Assembly: GCA_025454115.1 (NCBI GenBank)
Contig: JALOPB010000010.1
Location: 1-39,716 of the forward strand
Direction of reading: 5' to 3'
Length of the DNA: 39,716 bases
DNA from: Desulfobacterales bacterium
GTDB taxonomy: Bacteria > Desulfobacterota > Desulfobacteria > Desulfobacterales > SpSt-501
Shown: piece after piece, positions 9,838 to 18,907 of the stretch
Numbering within the stretch: position 1 is the first letter of the stretch
How the letters are laid out: each line of letters starts with the position of its first letter
Program-made: the position numbers and the translations under genes
The notes under the pieces: generated by a model
Told to the model about the DNA's origin: nothing
Databases searched by the model: none
What the model saw: only the letters and a program-made list of their open reading frames with translations

Positions 9838-11105
9838 ATGGTTAAATCTACGATCGCCGCTGTGGCTTCTCCTGCCGGCATCGGCGGCATCGGTATCATT
9901 AGAATATCCGGTCCCCGGTCCATTTCTATCGCCTCACGCATTTTCCAGCCTGCCGTGAAGACAGGCAAAGGCCAGCTTAACCCTATCATATTGGTTTCAC
10001 ACCGGATTTATTATGGGCATATTTGCGACGATCGGAACGGCCAGCACCTCGACGAGGTTTTGCTGGCTGTGATGAGAGCCCCGCGAAGCTACACGCGTGA
10101 AGACGTTGTAGAGATCAACTGTCATGGGGGGCCGGCGGCGATTCGATCCGTTTTGGACTTGGTTTTGCGCCAAGGAGCACGCTTGGCCGACCCCGGGGAG
10201 TTCACTAGGCGGGCCTTTCTTAACGGCCGTATCGATCTCACGCAGGCCGAGGCAGTGATCGATATCATCAATGCCCGCACTCAGGAAGCCTTGAAGGTTG
10301 CTGCGCTATTGACTTTCCTGATGAGGTGGATACCAAAGAAGGGCCTCCCGGTTACGACCAAGCTCAAAGCCTCAGGAAAAACGCCATAATGCCGCTGGCG
10401 CAGTTTCTCCAAAATTATCATGAGGGCAGAGCGATCCGAGAAGGTTTTACCGTGGCCATTGTCGGCCGTCCGAACGTGGGCAAATCCAGCCTGATGAATC
10501 GACTGCTCCTGAGTGAGCGGGCGATTGTAACACCGTACCCTGGGACCACCCGGGATGCCATTGAGGATGAGCTGGTGATCCAGGGAATGGCGATCAATCT
10601 TTGGGATACAGCTGGCCTGCACGAATCGGCGGATCCGGTTGAGACCATCGGAATGCAAAAAACCTTCGCGGAAGACGTCTCGATTTATCAAAAAATCGCT
10701 TCTAAACCGATCGTGCTTGTTTTAAACAAGGTCGACTTGACCGATGAATGCTCGGACCCGAATACAATCCCTGATGATTGGGTTGAAACTTACCGAACGT
10801 CGGTATCCGCACTAACTGGACAAGGGATCGAAGCGCTTCGTGAAACGATTCTAAATTCTGCCAGGGGAGAAGGTTGTTCTCATAAAGCACCGGAGATCAT
10901 CCCCAATCTTAGGCAGAAAATCCTTATAGAAAGCTGCCTGCACTCTGCAGAAGCTGCCGCCGCGGGACTTGAAAACTGCGATTCTCCGGAGCTGGTCGAC
11001 ATCCATATCCGGCAGGCGCTTGATTACGCAGATGAAATCTTGGGGATTGGCGTCAGGACCGAAATTGTCGACAGCATTTTCAGTCAATTTTGCATCGGCA
11101 AATAG
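9838..11105 (+). pseudogene. mnmE: tRNA U34 modification GTPase MnmE, disrupted as assembled (out-of-frame gap near 10304, in-frame gap near 10665)
   Basis: Frame 1 gives [19 protein letters not shown]...[21 protein letters not shown]...ALKVAA, then frame 3 resumes at AIDFPDE with G1 GRPNVGKSS, G2 GTTRD, G3 DTAG, G4 NKVD and C-terminal FCIGK. The helix before IDFPDE and the 'ADL.L...D' strand after G3 are missing. Confidence 0.9.
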
Positions 11106-11125
11106 ATCAACTTATGTTTAGATTT

Positions 11126-11141
11126 TGTTTCACGTGAAACA
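11126..11141. promoter_or_regulatory. parS: parS centromere-like site (perfect palindrome)
   Basis: TGTTTCACGTGAAACA, an exact match to the widespread bacterial parS consensus; intergenic. Confidence 0.93.
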
Positions 11142-11173
11142 TTAAGACTTGGTCCTGAACCGCAGTATGCGTA

Positions 11174-11189
11174 GGTTTCACGTGAAACA
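11174..11189. promoter_or_regulatory. parS: Second parS site (1 mismatch)
   Basis: GGTTTCACGTGAAACA, 48 bp from the first copy. Confidence 0.88.
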
Positions 11190-11299
11190 TCAGCATTCCA
11201 TCGTAATCTATACGGATCGGTGTCTATGCAGGCTTCCATCAGCTCATTCCTGGCCGACTGGTAGCATGCTGGCTGGCCGAACCTAAAGGCAGGTGAAAC

Positions 11300-12001
11300 A
11301 TGGATTTTGATTTCGGGCCCTATTTCGCGAAGTATGAAAAGCTTGTTGCTGCGGCCGATGCTGCATTTGAACGTGTAAAACAGGCGCATGCAGAATGTGT
11401 AAAATGCGCGGAAGGGTGTGCTGATTGTTGCCATGCTGTCTTCGATCTCACGTTGATCGAGGCGCTTTACATCAATCATCGGTTCAATCAAGAATTTAAA
11501 TGCCCTGAAAGTGTCGACCTTGAGGAAAAAGCCAATAAAACCGACCGGCTTATGGCCAAGATCAAACGCCGTGCGCAAGAGGATCTTCTATCGGGAAAAC
11601 CAGAGGCGGACATCTTGGCAGACCTTGCAAGAGAGCGCGTGCGCTGCCCCCTGTTGAACACGACGGATCTCTGTGCACTGTACCGGTATCGCCCGCTGAC
11701 ATGTCGATTCTATGGGATTCCCACAGCTATCGGCAGCGGCGGGTATACCTGTGGGTTGTCCGGATTCAAAGAAGGAGAAACCTATCCTACCGTTAATTTG
11801 GATGCTATCCACGCCCGACTGCAGGAGATTTCGGCCGAATTGATCCGGGACCTGCAATCGCGCTTTATAAAGCTGGCAGATATTCTGGTTCCTCTGTCCA
11901 CCGCACTAATTACCGAGTATGATGAAGCCTATTTTGGCTTGAAGGAGACTTTGCCGGATGACCTGCCCCCGAAGCAGCGGAGGTCCAGGAGGCACCCATG
12001 A
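11300..12001 (+). CDS. YkgJ-family (CxxCxxCC) cysteine-cluster protein, putative Fe-S or Zn binding
   Basis: CVKCAEGCADCC and CPLL.....CALY..RPLTCRFYG motifs; SD AGGTG. Confidence 0.88.
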   Translation: MDFDFGPYFAKYEKLVAAADAAFERVKQAHAECVKCAEGCADCCHAVFDLTLIEALYINHRFNQEFKCPESVDLEEKANKTDRLMAKIKRRAQEDLLSGKPEADILADLARERVRCPLLNTTDLCALYRYRPLTCRFYGIPTAIGSGGYTCGLSGFKEGETYPTVNLDAIHARLQEISAELIRDLQSRFIKLADILVPLSTALITEYDEAYFGLKETLPDDLPPKQRRSRRHP

Positions 12002-12357
12002 GCGAGTTTTCACCCGAAGAGGCTGCGCGCCGCAAAAAAGCGGTTTTTGACAACATGTCGCCCCGACGCCAGAAACATATACTGAAACGGGGTTACGACA
12101 GGTGGGACCCTTTCGAGGAGCCTAAAGATCCCATCGATATCCGTAAAGACAAAACCAAGCGAACCACTCAAGACCTCGTACGCGAATTTCTGCAGACCCG
12201 CACCGGCGAGGAGCGGAATAACGCTTACAATAGGGGTGTTCTGGAGATTGCCCTGGGGATTGTCAACGGAGATGATCGTTTTCGAGGAATGTACGAGTTC
12301 GCCTGCTGGTACCGCGAACTTCTTCTCAAGGATGGGTATTGTCAGACCACGACTTGA
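11998..12357 (+). CDS. Hypothetical protein coupled to the YkgJ gene
   Basis: 119 aa; ATGA overlap with the upstream stop; strong SD AGGAGG; protein-like composition with a WDPFEEPKDPIDIR motif. Confidence 0.8.
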   Translation: MSEFSPEEAARRKKAVFDNMSPRRQKHILKRGYDRWDPFEEPKDPIDIRKDKTKRTTQDLVREFLQTRTGEERNNAYNRGVLEIALGIVNGDDRFRGMYEFACWYRELLLKDGYCQTTT

Positions 12358-12640
12358 TGTAGTTTTCCCATTCCATCGGCAACAGCTGCTTCTTAGCGTT
12401 ATTGCACTCCTTGCAACAAGTCGTCACGTTGCCCTTTGTTGTTTTGCCGCCGCGCGAGATCGGGATAATATGGTCCATGGTTAGTTCCCGCGAAGAAAAT
12501 TTTCGACCGCAATAAAGGCATACCCCCTTGGCGAGCTTGCGTTTCCACCACTGGCTGTTTCGCAGCTCTCGGGCTTTTCCGCGCTCGCGTTTGAGATCGG
12601 CATCTTCCGGAGCAGTTAAATAAATTTTTGTCATTTTCAT
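12326..12640 (-). CDS. Small stand-alone HNH endonuclease-family protein
   Basis: CLYC...LTMDHIIPISRGG.T..GNV..CCKECNN.K zinc-finger HNH signature. Confidence 0.9.
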   Translation of the reverse strand: MKMTKIYLTAPEDADLKRERGKARELRNSQWWKRKLAKGVCLYCGRKFSSRELTMDHIIPISRGGKTTKGNVTTCCKECNNAKKQLLPMEWENYIKSWSDNTHP

Positions 12641-12692
12641 TTTGTTCTATTCGAAAGATGATCATTTAAAAATCTGAATAAAACTGAGTAGG

Positions 12693-13523
12693 TTAAACAT
12701 CAATAGCTTTAAGCCAGCGCTTGATCGCTTTTTTCAGCATGCGGTAATAATGCTCAGAGCCGCCTAACCCTACTCTTCCAAAGAAATAGTTGATCTCAAG
12801 CAGAAGCGGGCGCGGAGTGGATCCGTCTTCAGCGAAAATTAAATCAAATCCCGCCAAATTGATACCAGTGCAGCGGCAGAAATCGGAAACCATATTCTCT
12901 GCCTTCCTTTTTAATCCGGTATCCCCAACTGAATCTAATTTTGCGCCTTTTGAGAGGTTGACGGTTTGAAAAACATTTCTTTCTTCGCAAATGCGCCAGT
13001 ACGATAATATGCGATCGCCAATAACGACCACTCGCAAGGAACGGTTGCCCGACGGAATGTGCTTTTGCAGAAGAAAACCAAATTGCCCGGATGCCTCATA
13101 GCAGGCGGTACGATCAAGAAGCTGGTCCAGTTCAATTAAAGATCGTGCAAAAAAAACGGTTTCACCCTCCCCTCCCCAGTCAAACTTGAAAACCAGCGGC
13201 AGGTTTGGAGAACCCGAGCCAGGATAGCGGCGCTTGAATTCGGCTAGGCTTTGGAAAACCTGGGTAGGTGGATGTGATATCGATTTTTCCATAAAAAGCC
13301 TAATCTGGCCAATTTTACCAGGATAACGAAATCGGGCATCATAATTAGGGAAAACATTCGGACAATTATCTCGAGCCATGAAATAAAGCTGCCGCTGACA
13401 GCCTTGAGGTAAAACCACCGCGCTGGCCTTTAGGATAGCGGAAAGATCGGAAGGACCTGGCTCCCGGCTAGCGCAGAGGATGTTGCGATCTCCCCTAAAA
13501 AGCGGGTGAAAAGAGACGATCAT
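12693..13523 (-). CDS. RimK / glutathione synthetase-like ATP-grasp protein
   Basis: PLVFK..WGGEG..VF, FLLQKHIP, LRVVVIG, NLSKGA, LAGFDLIF and LLEIN ATP-grasp motifs. Confidence 0.85.
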   Translation of the reverse strand: MIVSFHPLFRGDRNILCASREPGPSDLSAILKASAVVLPQGCQRQLYFMARDNCPNVFPNYDARFRYPGKIGQIRLFMEKSISHPPTQVFQSLAEFKRRYPGSGSPNLPLVFKFDWGGEGETVFFARSLIELDQLLDRTACYEASGQFGFLLQKHIPSGNRSLRVVVIGDRILSYWRICEERNVFQTVNLSKGAKLDSVGDTGLKRKAENMVSDFCRCTGINLAGFDLIFAEDGSTPRPLLLEINYFFGRVGLGGSEHYYRMLKKAIKRWLKAIDV

Positions 13524-13554
13524 TGAGTCAATTCTTTTCTGAGAGAAAATTATT

Positions 13555-13587
13555 TCATAATAAAGCCATAGCTCTTTTTATATGGCT
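13555..13587 (-). terminator. Possible weak terminator after pilY1
   Basis: Minus strand AGCCATA-N10-TATGGCT hairpin followed by TTATTAT. Confidence 0.3.
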
Positions 13588-13655
13588 GCGGCTATCGTTT
13601 TCAAATAAAAAGCAAGCGATGTGATTGAATGGATGGCGGGTTAGCCGTATCATAT

Positions 13656-16600
13656 TCAGTAGTGAACTTCCATCCAGTAAGCAATGCCTAACTTAGGCGC
13701 CTTTTCGGTCAACTGTTCGATACGGCCCGTTGAGGAGCTCATATACTTTCTTTCAAGAGGATTTTTGGGATTATTGCCGATTTGAAGAATCGAAGGAGCC
13801 TGTAAGTTCCCTATGAATTCAATCCCAGAGGGAGCCAGCTCTTCAGCGACTCCATTTTCATCCCAATCAATTTTTACTAAATCCTTTTCGTTAATGTCAC
13901 GATCTCCGGAAATATCAAATACGGCACCTCCAGCGGTTCCACCGGTAAAAGCGTTGAGTTCCATGAAGATGGAAAGACCACCAGGGCCGCAGGGATCCTT
14001 GCTGGGTGTGAAGCCGATTGCGATGAGGTTCCCATTGCGAATAATGACATCGCTGATGACCCGTTCGCCTGAATTTAGATCAAAATAATAGCCAACGTCA
14101 TTATCGGTTGAATCGGAAGGATTAGGCTTTTGCCGGCTTGCATGATCAGCGTCAGATTTGGTCTCCCAAACGGGTTTTGAGCCGCCGAGTACCCTGATGC
14201 GATTTTCGACCCCACCACGCTGCACAGTAACCATTCTCTGTTCTTGTCGGAGTAGTTTGACCGTGTTCGGCTGATTGCTCAGCTGAGGAGAACTGCCTCT
14301 ATTGAAGGTTCCAATATACTCTGAGTCGTCATCATCACTCCATTTTTTTGTTTTCAAGGTATAGACTCGGTCACCATAATCCCATATTCCGTAGACTGAC
14401 TGAACCGAATTGTCGTCGAAGTCGCTGTCTCCAATAAATTTTCCGGAGGCAAAGCAAACAATGAAGCCATGCTTAACCGGATGATACATCACATCGGGTC
14501 GAATAGTGATCGGTTGGATCGAACCCGATGGCCCTCTGGCCTGGAACAGGGGCTGAGGTGCTGAGTCCTGGTGGTAAGCGACCTTCCATTGACCGGCATT
14601 CTTATCGCTTAAATCAAATTTCCAGAGTTTTCCTTGAAGGTCTCCAGCGTAGACGAAATCTACCGTGCCATCATAAGTCGCATCAATGGCTACCGGACTG
14701 GAAAGGCCGTTTTCCGGACCCATGTCGGCATCGATCTTTTTGATCAATTCACCGGTTGCAGGATTTATGATGTAGAGCGCTGATTTGCCGCTTTCGCTGT
14801 TGTAGCCGTTTCCAAAGATCACTACCCAGGGATAGATGCTGCTGTTCGATTTCACAATCAGCGGCTTACTGAAAGAGTACCCTATGTCTGAATCAGCGGA
14901 TTTTGGAAACTCCCAAAGAACCCGGGAGGATAATTCCGCCTCTGTCGATATTGCTTTGGCGCCGGTGATATCTAAGCTGAAATATCCCTTGCCTCCCTTG
15001 CCTAACCCACTGACAAGCAACGTTTTATGCCCAACGCCGCCTAGTATCCCCTCTCCTTTCTTGATGCTGGGAGTAAGGTCTACGTAGAATTTGTGTTTAT
15101 AGTCAGGATCTGCCAACAATTGTAAATTTTCAAAAACCAGATTGGGGACATGGGCAAATCGCTCTTGTCCGGTTTCGGCGTTGAAAGCATGCAACATGCC
15201 GTCATTGGCCCCACAGTAAACCAGCCCTTCTTCAAAAACGGGGGCTGAGTTAACGATATCCCCCAATTTCTTGGAACGGGAACGCCAGCCGTTCACATTC
15301 CCACCTCGCAAGTATTTCACTTTAGTTGAGGGATCGGGTCCAAGCGCCGTCCGCTGGCTTTCGGTAAGAAAACTCTCGCTGAAGGGGGTTCCGCAGGTGC
15401 CGTTAAATGTACTGATCAGCCGTTTATCCCATTCTATGCCTTGGAGTTGCTGAGCGGCCGACCATTTTGGATCGGCAATGATGTCGCCACTCACGGGATC
15501 AAGGCGAAATGCTCGCAGGTCTCCAGTCCATTCATTATCCTTATTACTGTAGCTTGCCTGATAAATGTACGTGCTACTGCGGATTTTTCCGTACAGGGAA
15601 TCACCGTTTACTGTGACAGAAGACGCTGATCCCGCCAGTATTTCCGATATTGCCTCCATCAAATCCCTAATCGCAACTGCTAAATCCTGTGGGTTGGCTG
15701 CACTTAGAAATCTGCCCCTGCCGTTTACCGTGGCATGCCAGAGATCATCAATAGTTTGCGGTGACCGGTCAGTTTTAACTTCAGTCCAAACGATCCGCTT
15801 TCCAGTCGATTTATGTTGAAAGGATGGATCGTAATCCTCGGGATTCAGGCTACCACTGACCCCAAAGGAGACGGCATAAGTTGCCATATGCTGATGAGCG
15901 GCTTTGTCGTATCTATTGACGGGGACTAAATTAGGAAGCTTGCTGAGATCGTTCGCGTAGTAATACATGGCAATATCTGCTAGGCTGTAAGAATACGAAT
16001 CGGCATAAGGTTCTCCCTTATCGCCGTCGGCATTGCCTACATAAGTTGGTTTGTGCGATAGATCACTATAGTATCCATCTGTTAGAACCACGGCGAACGA
16101 CTGCTGACAGCCGGCACCTTCTCCCTGGCTTATATAGGGGGTTGGACCCGTTGTTCCGGCCAAAACTCCGGTGTTTTCCATGTAGTAGCGGCCGACCGTG
16201 TCGAGTCCCTCTTTAAGTGGCGTACCGCCTTCAGATTGGTATTTATAAAGCTTTTCGACGAGGAAATTTGTGTTGTCAACGATGGTAGCCCCCTGAGTAA
16301 TCCGGATCGGCTCTAAGGGGCAGATGATGCGCCGATTAATTCCATAAATCCCTATTCGCACTTCTGATAAGGTCTGGAGCACACTGGCAATAGCGTTTTT
16401 TGATACGAACTCCCTTCGACGATGATAGGTAAACCAATTGGCAAAATTTTGCCGCTCCTGGCTGTATGTTCGCCCAGTCACCACATCCAATGGAGGAGCA
16501 TTGTCTATGCTGAGGGCACTCACTTTTTCCGCCAGCCCGGTGCCGGTGACCTTTACCGCATAGTGCTTTATAGCCGATTCGGTTTTGTCAATAACGACCA

Positions 16601-17261
16601 GGTATGGCTGGTCTCTTGATACTGAATAGACGTAGTAGTGGCAATGAGGGATGTTAACACCACTTAAATTTAATGAAGCCTCATCCAGTGAAAATCTAAG
16701 CCCATTGAGGGCGGTTGGATGGCTTTTTGGCTCATAAGGATCCGCATTCGTTAATACCTCGTTGCTGTAGCTGGGCCACGGCGCATAATCAATATTGGGA
16801 TTGTAGTACATGACATTTACAGAATACCACTGAGATTTCCAGTACTTCCTGCCTTCTGATCCGGCGTACCAATCAGGGTGATCAGTCGTTTTATAAACAT
16901 TGTCGCCGATATCATCGAAAATATAACAAAAGCCCCTTTGATCAGGGGAGGTAAGCGGGTTAGGAAAACTTCCATCATACCCGCCGCGCACCAGGACATC
17001 AAAATTCATGCTTCCTGAATCATCCAGCACAAACATGATGTTGGCTGGCGGTGGGAGTATGCGTGTGAACATCGGGATATCAGAAAGTTCGATTCCCGAG
17101 ACGATGATTGGCGAAAGCGTAAACAATAATTCTGCCGCTACTAATAGAAAGGTATTTTTAATATGTTGATATTTAATTCTTTTTTGAAAATACCGTTGTG
17201 CGGGGATAGCTTTACCCATATGGCATCGCTCTCCGTTGCCTGTGATCGCGCACGGTTTCAT
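13656..17261 (-). CDS. pilY1: PilY1/PilC type IV pilus tip adhesin (vWA domain plus beta-propeller)
   Basis: NIMFVLDDSGSM (MIDAS), GGTPL, VLTDG, LWHATVNGRG.F, LGDIVNSAP, GANDGMLHAF, GNGYNS, Ca-binding-like DATYDGTVD, YAGDLQG.LWKFD. Start may be 17219. Confidence 0.93.
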   Translation of the reverse strand: MKPCAITGNGERCHMGKAIPAQRYFQKRIKYQHIKNTFLLVAAELLFTLSPIIVSGIELSDIPMFTRILPPPANIMFVLDDSGSMNFDVLVRGGYDGSFPNPLTSPDQRGFCYIFDDIGDNVYKTTDHPDWYAGSEGRKYWKSQWYSVNVMYYNPNIDYAPWPSYSNEVLTNADPYEPKSHPTALNGLRFSLDEASLNLSGVNIPHCHYYVYSVSRDQPYLVVIDKTESAIKHYAVKVTGTGLAEKVSALSIDNAPPLDVVTGRTYSQERQNFANWFTYHRRREFVSKNAIASVLQTLSEVRIGIYGINRRIICPLEPIRITQGATIVDNTNFLVEKLYKYQSEGGTPLKEGLDTVGRYYMENTGVLAGTTGPTPYISQGEGAGCQQSFAVVLTDGYYSDLSHKPTYVGNADGDKGEPYADSYSYSLADIAMYYYANDLSKLPNLVPVNRYDKAAHQHMATYAVSFGVSGSLNPEDYDPSFQHKSTGKRIVWTEVKTDRSPQTIDDLWHATVNGRGRFLSAANPQDLAVAIRDLMEAISEILAGSASSVTVNGDSLYGKIRSSTYIYQASYSNKDNEWTGDLRAFRLDPVSGDIIADPKWSAAQQLQGIEWDKRLISTFNGTCGTPFSESFLTESQRTALGPDPSTKVKYLRGGNVNGWRSRSKKLGDIVNSAPVFEEGLVYCGANDGMLHAFNAETGQERFAHVPNLVFENLQLLADPDYKHKFYVDLTPSIKKGEGILGGVGHKTLLVSGLGKGGKGYFSLDITGAKAISTEAELSSRVLWEFPKSADSDIGYSFSKPLIVKSNSSIYPWVVIFGNGYNSESGKSALYIINPATGELIKKIDADMGPENGLSSPVAIDATYDGTVDFVYAGDLQGKLWKFDLSDKNAGQWKVAYHQDSAPQPLFQARGPSGSIQPITIRPDVMYHPVKHGFIVCFASGKFIGDSDFDDNSVQSVYGIWDYGDRVYTLKTKKWSDDDDSEYIGTFNRGSSPQLSNQPNTVKLLRQEQRMVTVQRGGVENRIRVLGGSKPVWETKSDADHASRQKPNPSDSTDNDVGYYFDLNSGERVISDVIIRNGNLIAIGFTPSKDPCGPGGLSIFMELNAFTGGTAGGAVFDISGDRDINEKDLVKIDWDENGVAEELAPSGIEFIGNLQAPSILQIGNNPKNPLERKYMSSSTGRIEQLTEKAPKLGIAYWMEVHY

Positions 17262-17765
17262 CTAATAAGCCGCTTGGTAGCCCATTTTGATGACCGATGT
17301 GCCATTCCAGGTGCATCGCCCATAAACAGCTATGGAGTGAACCGTCGCCTGGTCCATGTTTATTGAGAATCCCTTAGCTATACCCTCGTGTCCGATGATG
17401 AAAAGGGTGTGGTTCGAATCAACAAGAGATGGTTCGGGAACAACCGTATCGCCGTTGGCGGCCGTATTGTCCCAATATTCTCTTAGGCTGTCCATGTTCA
17501 GCTCTCCGGTTGCCATCTCCATCCATGGTTGGAGGTTTTCCCGCAGGTTTCCATATTGGGTCAAATGGTCGGCTGCCTCTAGTGCCGCCCCTTCCGCTAG
17601 ATAGAAGTTGCGTCGATAAATCACATCGTTTCGCGCCATAGAAATTTCAGTGTTGGCTACGCGCGAGGCTGAAATGCTTATAACGGTAAGCAGTGTCAAA
17701 ATGACCAGGGCGCCAATGATAGCTAAATATCCGTTTTCATTTCTTAGCGATGATAGATGAAGCAT
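17262..17765 (-). CDS. pilX: PilX-like minor pilin
   Basis: NENG|YLAIIGALVILTLLTVISI hydrophobic N-terminus lacking Glu5; TE...ARN......NFYLAEGA motif; directly before pilY1. Confidence 0.85.
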   Translation of the reverse strand: MLHLSSLRNENGYLAIIGALVILTLLTVISISASRVANTEISMARNDVIYRRNFYLAEGAALEAADHLTQYGNLRENLQPWMEMATGELNMDSLREYWDNTAANGDTVVPEPSLVDSNHTLFIIGHEGIAKGFSINMDQATVHSIAVYGRCTWNGTSVIKMGYQAAY

Positions 17766-17798
17766 TGAGCAGATGCTCCGTTTGGGATCAGCGAGAGG

Positions 17799-18464
17799 TT
17801 ATAAGCCGATATTACGAAGGCGAACCCGCGATGAATGGGTCCGTGTCACTATTTTATTTAAACCCGCTGGCTCTTCTATTGTGAGCGTAAAAATTACTGC
17901 CCGAATTCGGTCTCTTTCTTGGTTTGCAGTGACTTCATTGTTCTTATCGTCCAAGAAAGTGAAAAGCGGGGTCCCATTTGGGTTAGGGGCCACACGGTCG
18001 ATTAAGTTCACACAGGTTTCCCGGTCCGGGTCGCTTTCATAGAAGCAGCGTCGCAAGCTCCGGCGTTCGCTGTCGTACTGGTAGGTCACCTCTTCGGACT
18101 GGTCGTCCAAATCCCCATCCGGCGATGGTCTGATGCACCCGGATGAATTAATAGGCTGATCGCAGCGGTCCGCAGTGAAACGCAACTTGGAGCCAGCTGG
18201 TGAGATTTCTTCAATTCTGGCGCCGGCGGTTTTATGTGGGTCGAGACCAGCCATGCGAAGATCATGTAAAACGTATTCAACACCGGCCCGAGCAGAGTGT
18301 TGAGCCCCAGCGGCGGCATTTTGTGCTACGGACGAGCGGGTTAGGGTCATAAAGAATGCTACCATCATTCCAAAGACTAAGGACGTTAGCCCCATAGCGA
18401 TCAACAGTTCGGCCAGAGTAAAACCGCAGTCGGAACGAGCGCGACTCGAAAGCCAGGTATTCAT
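17799..18464 (-). CDS. pilW: PilW-like minor pilin
   Basis: G|FTLAELLIAM prepilin motif; 'Q..AR......HDLRMAG.DP'; C-terminal V.LRN.GL. Confidence 0.88.
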   Translation of the reverse strand: MNTWLSSRARSDCGFTLAELLIAMGLTSLVFGMMVAFFMTLTRSSVAQNAAAGAQHSARAGVEYVLHDLRMAGLDPHKTAGARIEEISPAGSKLRFTADRCDQPINSSGCIRPSPDGDLDDQSEEVTYQYDSERRSLRRCFYESDPDRETCVNLIDRVAPNPNGTPLFTFLDDKNNEVTANQERDRIRAVIFTLTIEEPAGLNKIVTRTHSSRVRLRNIGL

Positions 18465-18907
18465 GTGCCGTCGCCTCTCGTAATGGTGGCCAACTCAATC
18501 ATCCGATTCACGCCCAAGCGATGCCAACGAACCATCACGCGGATGCGTCGGGCCGAGTCATAGCCGATGGGGTCATCAATTACCCAGCTGCGGTTGAATA
18601 TACCGCCGCTGTTGCCATACTCGTCGATAGGGTTGTTTGCATCGGAATAGGCTCCAACAGCTAACTCCGGAACCGATTCCTCTTTCAAATTCTCCAGAGT
18701 TTCCGCCGCTAACATGGTTGCTTGGGTCAGAATGTTTCCAGCGGTATTGTTTCCAGTGGTGGATAAAATCAAGGTCCCCACGGCTACAAACCCTATAGAA
18801 AAAATGGCGACTGCAATCATGACTTCAGCCAGGAGGTATCCACCGGGCTTCCGTGACAATATAGAAAGGGCTTTAAGCGAAATTCTTTGAAATAAAATTG
18901 GTTTCAC
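18461..18907 (-). CDS. pilV: PilV-like minor pilin
   Basis: G|YLLAEVMIAVAIFSIG; T.AT.LA....E.L; F.RSW.I and I.V.V.W motifs; 4-nt overlaps with both neighbours. Confidence 0.82.
   Translation of the reverse strand: MKPILFQRISLKALSILSRKPGGYLLAEVMIAVAIFSIGFVAVGTLILSTTGNNTAGNILTQATMLAAETLENLKEESVPELAVGAYSDANNPIDEYGNSGGIFNRSWVIDDPIGYDSARRIRVMVRWHRLGVNRMIELATITRGDGT

Noticed and set aside
10291-10330. Programmed ribosomal frameshift in mnmE
   Set aside because: There is no slippery heptamer at the junction, and conserved sequence is physically missing, so recoding could not restore the protein.
11293-11300. parS half-site GTGAAACA
   Set aside because: Only one half is present, and it coincides with the SD and start codon of the YkgJ gene.
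12326-12640. HNH gene as a homing endonuclease, IscB/Cas9 fragment or defence effector
   Set aside because: It is only 104 aa, with no RuvC motifs, intron or intein context, methylase, repeats or element ends nearby.
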